A DNA stretch of 64,000 bases from Jimgerdemannia flammicorona (Eukaryota): positions 1 through 64,000 of the forward strand of contig RBNJ01000001.1 of assembly GCA_003990765.1 (NCBI GenBank), read 5' to 3'. The notes beneath the pieces are model-generated. The model did not search any database. It saw only the letters and a list, made by a program, of their open reading frames with translations, and was not told the DNA's origin. This document shows positions 13,691 to 26,200 of this stretch, one piece after another. How positions within the stretch are numbered: position 1 is the stretch's first letter; every line of letters starts with the position of its first letter. The position numbers and the translations under genes are program-made.

Positions 13691-14289
13691 TGCTGTGGTG
13701 ATATGATGGATTGTATGGCAGGTTGCTATAATTGATAGTAAAGATATCTTGATATTTGTTGAGAAGTTCTACTAGCTGTTGCTGTTATTGGGGTGTCAAT
13801 TCTTCTCCAATGTTGGTAGAAGGCTTCACTGTCTCCTGGGTTGCAGAGGGGCCTTTCCTTTCTTCTGGGACCTTTTGCCATTTCCCAATAGGTTTAGTTC
13901 ATAAACTTCACTATGAGTTCAGTTGAGAAAAGGCACCAGATGTCCTATGATGATTCCTTTTGACAAGATGATGGTTTCCTAACTTTGGTTAGTTGCTTGG
14001 AAATGTACTGGGTTCATCTTGTCAAGGAATGTGTATCCCTCTATGTCCAGATGAGGAATATCTTCCTTGGGTTCAAAGAAAAGATTTCTGAGATCAGGTG
14101 GTATAAAGATTTCAAAGGTGGTTTGTTCTCCAGACTCCAGGATGAGATTCTTGTGCAGTCTGACTGGTTGCCAGTACACTTACTGGGGAACATTCCTCTT
14201 GAGGTGGTTGACTTGAAGGAGGTATACTTCCTTCCTGTCTGAACTTCCAAATCTCTTGGCTTGTCTTGTTCCTTCAGTTAGTTCAGAGA

Positions 14290-14625
14290 CTTCTTTATGA
14301 AGACTGCTTGGACAATCTTCTGTCCTCTAATGATTCAGTGCCATTCTATACTGCTGTTGTATAAGATAACCTTGATTTTTCCTGTATATCTTGGGTCAAT
14401 AGTTTCTCCTTCCACAGTTATTCCTTGTCTAGCAAGTCTGGACCTTGAGGTCAGTTGGATGTAAGATCCTTGGGGTGGCTGTATGGCTAATCTGATTCTG
14501 ATCATGAAGGTTTTTCTGGGCTTGATAGATTCATCCTCCAGACTATGAAGATCATATCCTATATCCTCTGGGTGAGCTTTAGTTGGAGGTTTGGCCTTGG
14601 GGTGCAGCAGGACATACTGGGCAAT
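14290..14625 (-). pseudogene. dut: Gypsy B dUTPase domain (between protease and RT)
   Basis: PTKAHPEDIGYDL, SRSRLARQGITVEGETIDPRYTGKIKVILYN match trimeric dUTPase motifs 1-3. Confidence 0.92.
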
Positions 14626-15929
14626 ATTCTTGCTGAGTTTAGACTTTCCTAAGGCTGAAGCTCCACTAGTGGAGAGCCTCCAAGCTCTAAGGTTGAGGTG
14701 TGGCCATCTGGCTCCAGTAGAGGGGTCTTGGAGATAGTTGATTCTCTTTCTTCCTGTAGCATCTAGGGCTTTCATGAAATTAGTAGCATCTTCTGCCCAT
14801 CTTTGGTAGGTTGTATGTCTGATGAGAGCTAGGATGTCTTCTTCTAAATCATAGATCTTGAGGATCTTTCTTTCTGGCTTTTTGGTCTGGCTTTTTTGAA
14901 TCTGACTTCAGTTATCTCTTCTCTTTAAAGTGTGAACTGCAACATCATAACTGAGATGGATCTTCTGATGCCTGCAGTCTTAGTAGTCTAGGTGTCTTCC
15001 ATAGTTGCAATATTCCATTGCTTGGAAATGATGTTCCCAGTTGTTGATCTCTTGTTGTTTTGAGAATTGGTACCCATTTTAGTCATAAGTGAGTGGAAGA
15101 GTAGACAAGAGATATATGTCTGTCCGGGTGAAGAAGTCTTATCCCCTGAATCAGCTTTACAACTTAGTGGTAACTTCTTGGAAGGTAGTTGACTGTGCAA
15201 CTGTGTTCAGGGGTTCTGGTCTCTAGGGTCTCTATCTCTCCTATTGGTCTAGTAAATGGCACTGATAGCAGTAGTCTTGGGGAGAGTGGAAGACCATTTG
15301 GTGTGGACATCTTCCTAGTTAAAAAGTCTTTTCTTGGTGAGTTTCTTTCTTGGGAATAATAGTGATTATACTGGGTCCTTCTTCTGTATTCCAAGGGTCA
15401 TTGTCTTCAGGTGGTGTCTAGCAAAGATCATCTTAGGGAATAAGTTTGGAGATCTCTTCTTCTTTAGGTGCTTCCTGTTCAGGAACTTCTTGGTCAGAAG
15501 TTTCTTCTTTCTCAGATAATTCTTGACCCTAGATTGCTTGTACTTCTGCAGCTTCAGTTGTAGGTATCTCTGAAATATATCTGCATTTCTTCTTCTCCTT
15601 TCTGCACTCTGGACAGGCTGTGCCAGGTGATTTCCTTGTTCCCATGATCTTGGAGGAATGCTCAGGACACTTGTATCTCTTGAGGCAAGTAGGGCATCTT
15701 TTGATTTCTCCTACAATAGCTCCAATGGTAATAGAGATGGTGTTCTTAGACCACACATTGTCTTCTGGTCTGTCATCCACCAGGTTAATTTGGAGATTGA
15801 GTCTGAGATCATTTCCATCTTTGGATTCTTCTTCCTCTTTTGTAGTAGACTCCTTGCTGCTGGCATATTCTTCCTGAATAGTCACCTTCTTCTTCTTCTT
15901 TAATTGCTCATAGCTAGTTACCTTAACTC

Positions 15930-17794
15930 TGTACTTCTTGCCTTGGTAGTCAAACTTGAGTACTTGTTGACCAATATTGATAACTGCATTCATTTCCTTC
16001 ATCCAGTTAGTGCCAAGAATTATGTCATAGGTGACAGCTTCTGTGATAACAGCTTTGGAGATGGAGAACTGAATGTGTCTGAGGGAGATAGTGATATTTT
16101 GTACTTCTCCAAGGGGTTGATTTCGGGCTCTATCTGCTACTATAATGCTGAGATTGGATGGTCCATCAATGGGCCATTGAAGGGTATCCAGGAACCATTT
16201 GGCAATGACACAGACAGCTGCTCCTGTATCTATGAGGATCTTTGCCTTTTATCCTCCAATATCTCTATATAGGTAGATACTGATATGTATGTCTTTCAGC
16301 TGCTTGGACAGGAATGGGAGCTGGTTCTTGCTATGGGATTGAGACCCAGCCAGTGCTAGACCTAGTTGTTCTCAACAATTTGTTTCAAACTCCAGCTGGT
16401 GTCAGTTACAGGAACTGCAGGAGAGAGACTTCCATCTTGGCCTCTTGAATCTTCTGCCAGACTTCATTGTAGATATCTCTAGGCATAGTCTTTGGGGTGT
16501 ACTTCTTTTTGGGCTTTGAAGCAGCAGGTTCCCATTATTCTTGTTCCATCTCTTCATTCTTTGGTGGTAGCTTATTTATTTCAGAGACAAAAGGTAAAGA
16601 AGTCTGGGGAGGTGTTTCTACTTATTCCTCCTCATGTTCTTCATCTTCTTCTTAGATGATTCTTCTGCTGATGTTTCTGAATGACCTTCCTACAGGTCTC
16701 TTCCTTTTCTCTGCTGGGTAGACTGTTTTTCGGGTGGTAACCTTGGTAGGATATAAGTCTAGGTCACTGTAATCTTCACTATTACTTACTTTCTCGAAAT
16801 CTTCAATAGGATGGGCTTTAGTTTTCTTATACTGAGTGTCATTCCTTCAGTTTGGTGGTTCTGAGTCCCTTCAGTCACTTCTTTTATTGTCACATTCAGT
16901 GGTATAGTGTCTGAATTATCCACAGTAGAAGTATTGGACTTGGGCTCTGTCTTGGACAGGGTACCTTCTTTCTTCTTGCTGGTAATTCCTGTTATCTCTG
17001 GGTGGATAACCTTGGCTCCTCTATGGTGGGTATCCTCTGTTATCTTAGTAGCTCCAATTTTTGTGTGTGGTGAGTTTTTCAATCTGTCCAACCAATTGGT
17101 CCAACTTGGAGCTAAGGTCTTGAATTTCACTTCTGTCCTTCTTTCCTTCCTTGACTAGCCTTCTTTCTGTGGATCTCTCTTGTCCTTGAAGGAGTCCTTG
17201 TAGGGCTTTAACCAGGATGTCTTCTTTATCTTCCTTCTTATCATGATCACTCCAGGTAGTTCCTTGTCTGATATCAAAGAATCCTTGGACTGCATCTACT
17301 TGCTCCTCAGACCTTCTGATGCCTAGGGTGTAGATATGCTGGACAATGTTTGGGGGAATTCCATTCATGAAAGTCATTGGACCTATGATGTCCTGGTTGG
17401 TGGCATTGAACCCTGCAGCATACATTCTCTTCTGGATTCTTGTAAAGAAAGCTCAGAGTGATTCTCCAAGATTCATCTTCATTCTCATGATGGATTCTTG
17501 AGCCTTGTGGCAGGTTTTGTTTTCTGCATACTTTTCAATGAGCTAGTAGACCATGGCCACATATTCTAGCTCATAAGATACTGCTGTCTATATCTGTCTT
17601 GGCAATTCTGAATCAGGATTGTTTGCTGTTCAATGGAAAATTTCTCTAGCTGGTTCTCTGAGCTGAGTCTTGTAGATGGCAATTTTTCTTTCATCTGAGA
17701 GATTCCTCAGAGCTGCAATTCCTTCAATTCCATCAAGGAATTCTCTGGGGTCTTCCTCTGGGTATCCTGCAAAGGTTGGCAATGAGGTGGCCAT
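15930..17794 (-). pseudogene. gag: Gypsy B gag (with decayed CCHC knuckle) and aspartic protease
   Basis: MATSLPTFAGYPEEDPREFLDGIE; knuckle YFYCG*FRHYTTEC near 16890-16940; protease KILIDTGAAVCVI near 16200-16245. Confidence 0.85.
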
Positions 17795-18352
17795 TTCATC
17801 ATCACTTTCTTCTGATTCTAGTTCTGGTTCAGATTCAGATTCTGATTTACTTTCTGAGCTGTCACTGGAGGTGGGAGTGCTTGGGTATCCTGAGGATGGT
17901 GTTCTGGACCTTGGACAAAGTGGAATGAGCCTTGGTATTCTTGTAGGAGCTACTTCCAACTCTGCAAGAGATTATGGTAAAGGTTCTATTAGTGAGATTG
18001 ATGGGACTGGTATGGAGTATCTGGCTGTAAGGTCTTGGGTTCATATGATAAGATCTTTTAGTTCTTGTGCAAGTTCTTCAAAATCTCTAGCAGGGCTGTC
18101 TGTATTGTCTGGTTGACCTGATTGAGGATTTTGGGCTGTACTGCCTTCTGGTTCTGGTTGGGATCCTTCTGATACTGAGTAGTTGGTAAGTCTTGATGTG
18201 ATTACTTCTCTTCCTGTCTAAATGCTGGAGATAACTGGTTCTCCTATAGTAGCAGAGATTGGTGTTGTGTCAAATATATCCAGTTTGACTGTAGATTCTT
18301 GTGAGCTAAAAAGTTATGTTGATTTTGAAATCTTCTCAGTTGAGCCTCCAAA

Positions 18353-19668
18353 TGTAACATACCTGGCTCAATAGAGATAAATTACAAGGTTGGGGGTTGA
18401 TGTAGTTTGGCTTGAGCTCCCAATTACTTTATTAAAAGCAATAAAATATTCTTAGTGTTTAGTAGTATAATAGTCAAGATCTGGATACTGTGTGAGCAGT
18501 TTCCTTTTTGAGACAGATTCTTGGGTATAGCAGCAGTTTGTGTGAGCAGTTTCCTTCTTGAGTAGTGGTCAATTTGTGTGTAGCATGAGTGGGTTCCTTA
18601 TTTGAGTTAATTAGAAATGCCACAATTTTGTATAGTGAGGCAATCTCCTAAAGTACACGATTTCTGGCATAATGATCTCTTGTGTAGCATGACAATCTCT
18701 GTGTAGCGTGAGTGGATTTCCTTATGTGGGTCAACTGAGAATACAGCAATCTGATAGATAACTCAATTTGGCAGGTGATTTGGATAAATCAGACAAGGTA
18801 GATAATTTGGATAACTCAGATGAGGTAGATAACTTAATAACTTAGATAACTTGAATACAGATAATTCAAATAATTCAAATTCAGGAGGTTCCTGGCTTTG
18901 TCTGGTAAGTATACCAAAATATAGCAGATTCACTAGGAATACTGACAAATATAGCAGGCTCTCTGAGAACAATAACTTGGGTGATGAGCTTTACTGAGAA
19001 TGGTGAATAACTTGAAAATGTCAGATAATGTAGATTTGGTAGGCTTCTGGCTTTATCTGGCAAGTGAACTAAAATATAGTGGCTTATTCCTTAAGCAGCA
19101 GATTACTCAAAAGGTGGTGAAGTTCTTCACATGAACTTAGATAGCAAATCTTCAGGCTTATCTGACAAGTGAACCAAAAACAAACTCTTCTTTATATTGG
19201 AAAGTGGACCAGAGTGGAAGAGAAGAGAACCAAGCTCATAACTTCTTGGCAGTGGCTTGTTGGCAGGCATATCTCCTAAGTATTGCAATTCAATTTCTTT
19301 AGGATCAAGTGGCTTTTGGCAGACATTTCTCCTAAGTGTACTAGACAATTGACTTTTGCTTTGGTTTGTATTCAACTTTTGGACTGAGGTTTATTCACTC
19401 TTGTCTCTGGGATATTTTATATATTATAGTTGCTATCTGGTTGCTATCTGGCTAACTATAGATTTACTATTTATGTATATTTGAGTGGATGACCACCATC
19501 TGGTAATAGCTACTATCTAGGAGACAGCTACTGTTTACATTATTCCCTTCTTTGGCTATCTGGTTATTTATACATTTTTCACAGTAATGGTTGCTAGTTA
19601 CTATGCTATACTAATGTTCATATTATCTGGTTAGGTTTTGAGATTGCTATGTTTTGTGGTTTGTCACA
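18353..19668 (-). repeat. 5' LTR of Gypsy B
   Basis: Direct repeat of 9494-10811, followed on minus by the PBS. Confidence 0.95.
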
Positions 19669-19672
19669 CTAT

Positions 19673-22600
19673 ATAGCAACTTGAAAGATATAAAGCCTGT
19701 TGAGGCTTGTACTGAGTTGTGTAGATAAACTCTACAAAGATAAGATATTGTTTCCAATTATATTATTTATAAAAAATATAGTTTCTTAGCATCTGCTTGA
19801 GAGTTTGGTTTACTCACTTGATTTGTCTATTGGTTTATGGATAGTATATTATACTTAGAGCTTATTGGGCTCTAAGTATCTTGAATAATATCTGCCAGAA
19901 ATAGCTTGTGAATTTTGAATCTCAATCACTAATCATAATCTTTGGAAGACCATAATTTTGAAAGATTGTCTTGAAGAATATTTAGACAGTCTCAGGGATA
20001 GTGACATTGGTCTTAGTTGGCTCCAACTTGATGATATTAGCAAGGCAAACAATAAAGATAATGATGGTATCATTTCCTTAAGATGTTTTGGCAGTTGGAC
20101 AATAAAGTTCATTGTGACTTACTCTTATTTAGTAGCTAGAACTGAGAGAAGCTAGAGTAGACCATATGGCTATAATCTTGATGTCTTGTTCTTTTGGTAG
20201 TAATTATAGATAGATATATATTCCTTGATATTTTGATTCATTACTAGCTAGAAGAAATAATGATAGATGTTGTAGATGGTTTTCTAGTATTCTATATAAT
20301 TAGTAAGAGGAGAGTCATGGTTTTCTTTAAGGATCTTAAAGTGAGATTGTTGGAGTTTGAAATGTATACTTTAGTATTCTTATATATAATTCTATCAGTA
20401 ATCTTATACTCTTCTAGTAAGCTGTAAAGATTTCTTTTGTGATAGGATTCTAGTAATATCCTTCTTTTAGTTTATCTAAAAGAGATTTGTCTGAGATCAC
20501 CTTGATGGTGCTAAGATCAGATCTTTTCAATAAGGTATTAACTACTATATTTGTCTTATCCAGCTTGTAAATAATCTTAGTATTAAAGGCTTGGATATAC
20601 TCAATTCATTTTGTCTGATTTAGAAACAGACAGAGATCTGAGTTGAGATATATGAGTGACTTATAATTAGTAATAATATCAAAGTCTTGGTCTTTGAGAT
20701 AGTATTGCTAATTTTATAGAGTCTTATAAATAGTCAGGAGTTCTTTTTCATAGATAGCATATTTTTATTCAGTCTCATTCAGTTTTCACAAAGAATATAC
20801 AACTAGTTGAGGTCCTTTGCTTACATTTTAAGACAGTACTACATCAATTACATATCCAGATACATCTGTAGTGACTGTGAACTATAGAGCTGGGTCTAGG
20901 TTATATAGAGTTAGTACAGTTATCAGTTTTGTCTTTAGAGTTTGAAATATCTCTTAGCAGGCAGGGGTTCATTGAAATAGATTGCTGATCTTCAACAATT
21001 TGATCATAGACTTTACAATATTGGAGTAACCTTCAATGAATTAGTAGTAATACTCAGATAGTCTCAGAAAAGATCTGATATTATAAATGTTTACTAGAAT
21101 AGGCCAATCTGAGACTGCTTGAACTTTCTTGAGGTTAGACTAAATATTATTGGCTGAGATAATATAGCTAAGGTATTCTATCTCTTTTTTGAAGAATTCA
21201 TATTTACTAAGCTTACAGTAAAGCTTATTTTTCTATAACTTCTCAAATACTTATTAGAGGTACTTAAAGTATTCTCTTTCTGATATACTAAATATTAGAA
21301 TATTATCTAGATAGATTATTATAAAGATATTAAGATATAGTTATAGAATGTCTTATATTAATCTCTAAAATATTAGTGATATATTGGTAAGACTAAAGAG
21401 TATAACTAAAAATTCCCATAGACCATAGCATATCTTGAAGACAGTCTTGAGAATATCTTCTTTCTTGATATAGACTTAATGATAATCAGTACAAAGGTCT
21501 GATTTTGAAAAGATCTTAGTATGTAGAAGTCTGTCTAATATTTTATCTATTCTTAGTAGTAGATACTAGTTGATCTTATTGAGAGCATAGTAGTCAATAT
21601 ACATTTACATAGTACTATTCTTTTTTTTAATAAAAAGAATAAGTATACCATATGGTGATTTGCTTAGTTGAATTTGTCCTTTAGTAGCTAAGTCTTCTAA
21701 TTTTTTTCAAAGAAGTTCTAGTTAGACTATAACATAGGATATAATAACTTATATAGAGGTTTGAAGTCTGGGGAGATTTCAATTTCATAGTCTATACTCC
21801 TTTTGAGTGACAGTCCTATAGGTAGATTATTTGGAACAATGTTTTTGAATTCTTGAACCAGAAGTTGAACTGTCTTTGAGAGATCCTTTCTTATTTCTAA
21901 TTTTGAAAGTTATATAATAGCTAAGAATGCTTGCTTATGCTTTTTAAAAAGCTTCTTGAATTGGATTACAGATATGGTTTCTACTAATGCTTTTGTAGAC
22001 TTCTTTACTTCTAGTATGATCTTCTTTCCTTCTTGATTTAGTATGAGCTTGTTTTCTCTCCAATCAATATCAGATTATATAGTATTAACCAGGGTTTTTT
22101 CAGAATAATATAGTATTCTTACAGGAGTATAATGTAAAGATTTAATTTTTTAAAGTATTCTTATATTGTATAGAGTAACTTGACTGCCATTCTGCTAACT
22201 TGATATTTCTTTCTATCAGCTGTTGAAATCTTAAACTCCACTTATTATAGTAGCTTAATAGTGATAATCTTTAGCTTCTTTACTATCTTTTTACTGATGA
22301 CATTATTAGATATACTACTATCAATAAGGACATCTATTTCTTATCCTTTGACTTTTCTTTTAAATAGTAGTAGACTGATATTAATAACACTGATATTCTT
22401 CTTATGGCTTATACTTCTAGTACTTCTAAATCCTTCAGTACTCTGAGTAGTTTCTTCTAAGTTTGTAACTTTCTTGATCATTAGTACTTTGGCTTATTCT
22501 AGAATTAGTGTACAACCTGGTCTTACTTCTTGATTTTAAAGAGTTGTGTACTATTGTTGATCAGAAGTACTTTGATTTTTTTACAATAGTCTGAGTCTAT

Positions 22601-22681
22601 TACTCCTACACTCAGATTAATGTAATATTTAGTACTAAGACCTAGTTATAGTATAATTCTTCTATAATACTCTTCAGATAA
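19673..22681 (-). pseudogene. pol: Gypsy A protease - RT - RNase H - integrase (heavily mutated)
   Basis: Protease VLIDSSISNNV near 22300-22340; RT IIYLDNILIF near 21290-21320; RNase H VTTDVSGYVI near 20845-20880; integrase continues across the B insertion (QASTGFISFKLLY). Confidence 0.85.
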
Positions 22682-22685
22682 CTAT

Positions 22686-23141
22686 TGTAATGGTATAGCT
22701 GAATTAGGAAGAAGGAAATAGGGAATAGACACTTGATCACACCCATTCCCAAAGTAGTATAGTTTTATAGTTAGCAGTCACCAATTTCGACATTGTCTAA
22801 ATTTCTAGATATTGTCCAGATCAAACACCCTGATTTAGTATAGCATTTTGACATTGTCTAAATTTCTAGACATTGTCTAAATAACTCATAACTTAGCCAC
22901 ATAACTCAGTAGCCATCTCATAGCTAACAAACTTGTATAAATAACCCAGTATCTTAAAGTGAATAAACCTCAGATCGAAAGTGTTAGAAAAAGAACAAGT
23001 ATACTGATAAAAGGACCTTCAGGATTACCTCTTTAAACACATTTGGCCTCAAGAAACTACTGACTCTGGGAGTCAAGAAGACAAGAATTCAAGATAAAGA
23101 AATCTGACATACTTGCCCATCTTAGCGTCTGCTATATTACA
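22686..23141 (+). repeat. 5' LTR of Gypsy C
   Basis: Direct repeat of 28895-29350; TATAAATA then AATAAA. Confidence 0.95.
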
Positions 23142-23240
23142 ACTTGGTGCCCATTGGCTAGTGATTCAAGACGAATCCCTCACTTTCAAGCTGAACAACG
23201 AACAACTGCAACAAGAACCCACACAACACAATCAGATAAA

Positions 23241-26200
23241 ATGAATATGAGACCACCCGTATTCCATGGATATACGTCCAACGAATCAATCATCACCTTT
23301 ATTGATGATTTCGAGCAGTATGCCGCTGTAAGGACCTTAAGTGCAGCATAACAAGTAGCCCTACTCCCTGTAAGCCTCCGAGGCCCAGCAAGAACCACAT
23401 TTACTGCAGCCAATGTACAAGCAGCTGATGATCCAGCAAGAATCATAGCTTTCAAGACCTGGCTCCGAGCAACCTACTACATAGACGAAATCAAACAGGT
23501 ACTTAAAGATCAACTGAATACTATCTGCCAAGGAATGTCTGAAGACCCAAACATATTCTATACAAGAATCCAACATCAAATAGTTCTTGCTGACTACCCC
23601 GATACAGTTCAAGACCAAGTGGCCGAGAATACCTTTATGAAAGGCATTCACCAAGAAATCGTTTTAGCCATTTGATCTACTCCAACACCACTGGACCTGG
23701 GACAGAAGGTTACCTACACTCAAAGATACTGGACTGCCAGACACCCTCAAGGCCATACAATGGAAAGGATAACCAGAGTAAAAATCGAACAAGCACCAAG
23801 AGTCACCAATACAATCTCGGCTACCATAGTCAACCAAAATACACAACTGTAACCACAAGAACAGAGAAGGGTTGACTCAATGGAGGAACTGGCCAAACAG
23901 TTTGCAGAAATGACTGCACACCTCAGTGACATAGTCAAAGAGTTCAAGAAGAAGCCAGTACAGAAGTTTGCTGCTACAAATGCAAGATGATCCATAACAT
24001 GCTACAACTGCAGAGAAGAAGGCCACTATGCCTTCGAATGTATGACAGAAACCAAGCGAAAGGCCAATCCAAGCAATGCAACCAGGAACCGCGAGCAGGC
24101 AAACACTATCACCTTTGAGGAGATTAGAGAATCTGAAGAAGAGAGGGAGGAATGGGAAGCTTACCCTGCTACCTCAAGCAAGAAGGATGTCCGATCCAGT
24201 CCCTACAAAAGATCTCCAGACAGACCTCCTAAGAAGACCCAGACACAAACAAAGCAATCAGAAGTTGTCATCAGAAATGAGACCTAGCAGAGCAAAGCTG
24301 ATCAATAAATGGAGCTAGAACAAGATGCTGAGCTAGAGTGAGCAGTAGAAGATATTATTCGAAATACTACCTCATCAAGTAAAGAGAAGAAGGAGCAGAA
24401 ACTGCGCAAGAGCAAGACCTTCAAGTATGATATCTTCAAGGACCTCAAGGACCAAAAGGTCAATGCAACCTTTGGCTAGCTGGCTGAAATCCCAACATTC
24501 AGACAACAAATGAGGATGGAAATCTCAGATATCAGCAAAGACTAAGGCTGGAAAATAATCGAAGCCAATAATGTACAAGAAGATTCAGATGAAGAGAGTA
24601 AAGACAATCAGAAAACATCAGCCTATGCTACCTGCCAGATCAAGGATCGAGTCTTTGAAGCCATTATTGATATGAGAGCAGGAGGATGTCTCATCACCAA
24701 GAAAGCAGTAGACTGCCTAGGCTGGGAGATAGAAGAAGCCACCAAACTGGTATTCATCACAGCTGATGGAACACGAGCAACACCCTTGGAAAAGATCTGA
24801 GATGTACCAATTAAGTTTGGAGAGGCCACTATCCCTATGGATGTCATCATCACCAATGCAACCAACTATAATATTCTCATCAGCAATCAATGGCTTCATA
24901 AAGCCAAGGCAATGATTGACCTCAGTGCACAGAAGATGCAGATCGTCTACCGGGGAAAGAAGATCAGAATTCCCATCAATGTCCACAAAGGAGTCTGCCC
25001 TAAGATGGAGGAAGACCAAGAAGAAGAAGCCTATATAGTTACTACGAAGAAAGGAAAAGGCAAGCAATTGATAGAGGAAGAATGGTATATAAGAATCACA
25101 GATGGATATGCCCCACTAGAAAGGTACCCCCATGGTGAAAGAATGTACTGTGCCCAGTACTTGAATTACTGCTACTCTTGTATTATTGAGGTGAAGAAGA
25201 TCACCAACAAGCCAAAGAAGAACCAGGAGGAACCAGAAGATGGACCACCAGAACTATTGGATGACAGTGATGATGAAGAAGACATCATAGTCAAGATACG
25301 AAGAATCCACCCTGATGTAGTCATGCTACAATACAAATCAGAAATGCAGCAGGAATGGACCTATCCACCACAACACACACAATACTCGAACTGCAGACCA
25401 CCACCATTCTAGAAACAGGAATTGAAGTAACCATCCCACCAAACCATGTCAGAATCCTCAAGACAAGGAGCAGCTTGGCAAAGAGTGAAATATCTATAGA
25501 AGGAGGAGTCATTGATTCAGATTATACTGGAGAAATCCTTCTCCTTGCCAGGAACCACAACCCAACAATCCCATTCGAAATAAGGAAGAAGAATCGGCTG
25601 GTGCAAATGCTCATCCTACCTGTCCTTAATCCAAGAATCAAGGAGGTCACAAATATCAGACAAACTCAACGAGAAAGAGCTGGATTTGGCTCTACAGGAA
25701 GAGGAGTCCTCACAGCAATTAAGATTACCAAATTGGAGCACAAGAAGGAGGAAAGCCAAGACAAACACACCTATACAATCAGAAGAAACTTTTCCCTCAG
25801 GGAAGAATTGCAGAGCCTCTTACATACATTCGAGGATGTACTGGCCATAGATTTCAAGGACATCAAGACCAAGAAACCCTTGTATTATCATGATGTCAAT
25901 ACTGGAGATGCAAAGCCAATCTATCAGAAGGCCCGTCCCATTCCACCAGCATACAGAGAATGGCTCAAGACAGAGATCAAGGAAATAGAGGAATCCGGTA
26001 TCATTGAAGAAGCCAGCAGCCCTTGGTCCTCCCCCATCGTTCTTGTACCAAAGAAAGGAAGCCGACCAGGAGAATTTGTACCAAGACTCTGTATAGATTA
26101 TAGAAGACTCAACGAGGTCACAGAGAAGGACAGACAACCATTGCCCAACATCGGCAACATTCTTATTATACTGGAGAATGAAGCATGATTCTACACCACT

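Larger units (their letters stand above)
9494..19668 (-). mobile_element. Gypsy B: Ty3/Gypsy LTR retrotransposon, gag-PR-insert-dUTPase-RT-RH-INT-ORF3, no chromodomain
   Basis: 1.3-kb TG..CA LTRs; 4-bp TSD CTAT (9490-9493, 19669-19672); PPT AGTGGGGGCTGA; PBS TGGAGGCTCAACTGAGA (tRNA-Gln-like); RT YIDD motif. Confidence 0.95.
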
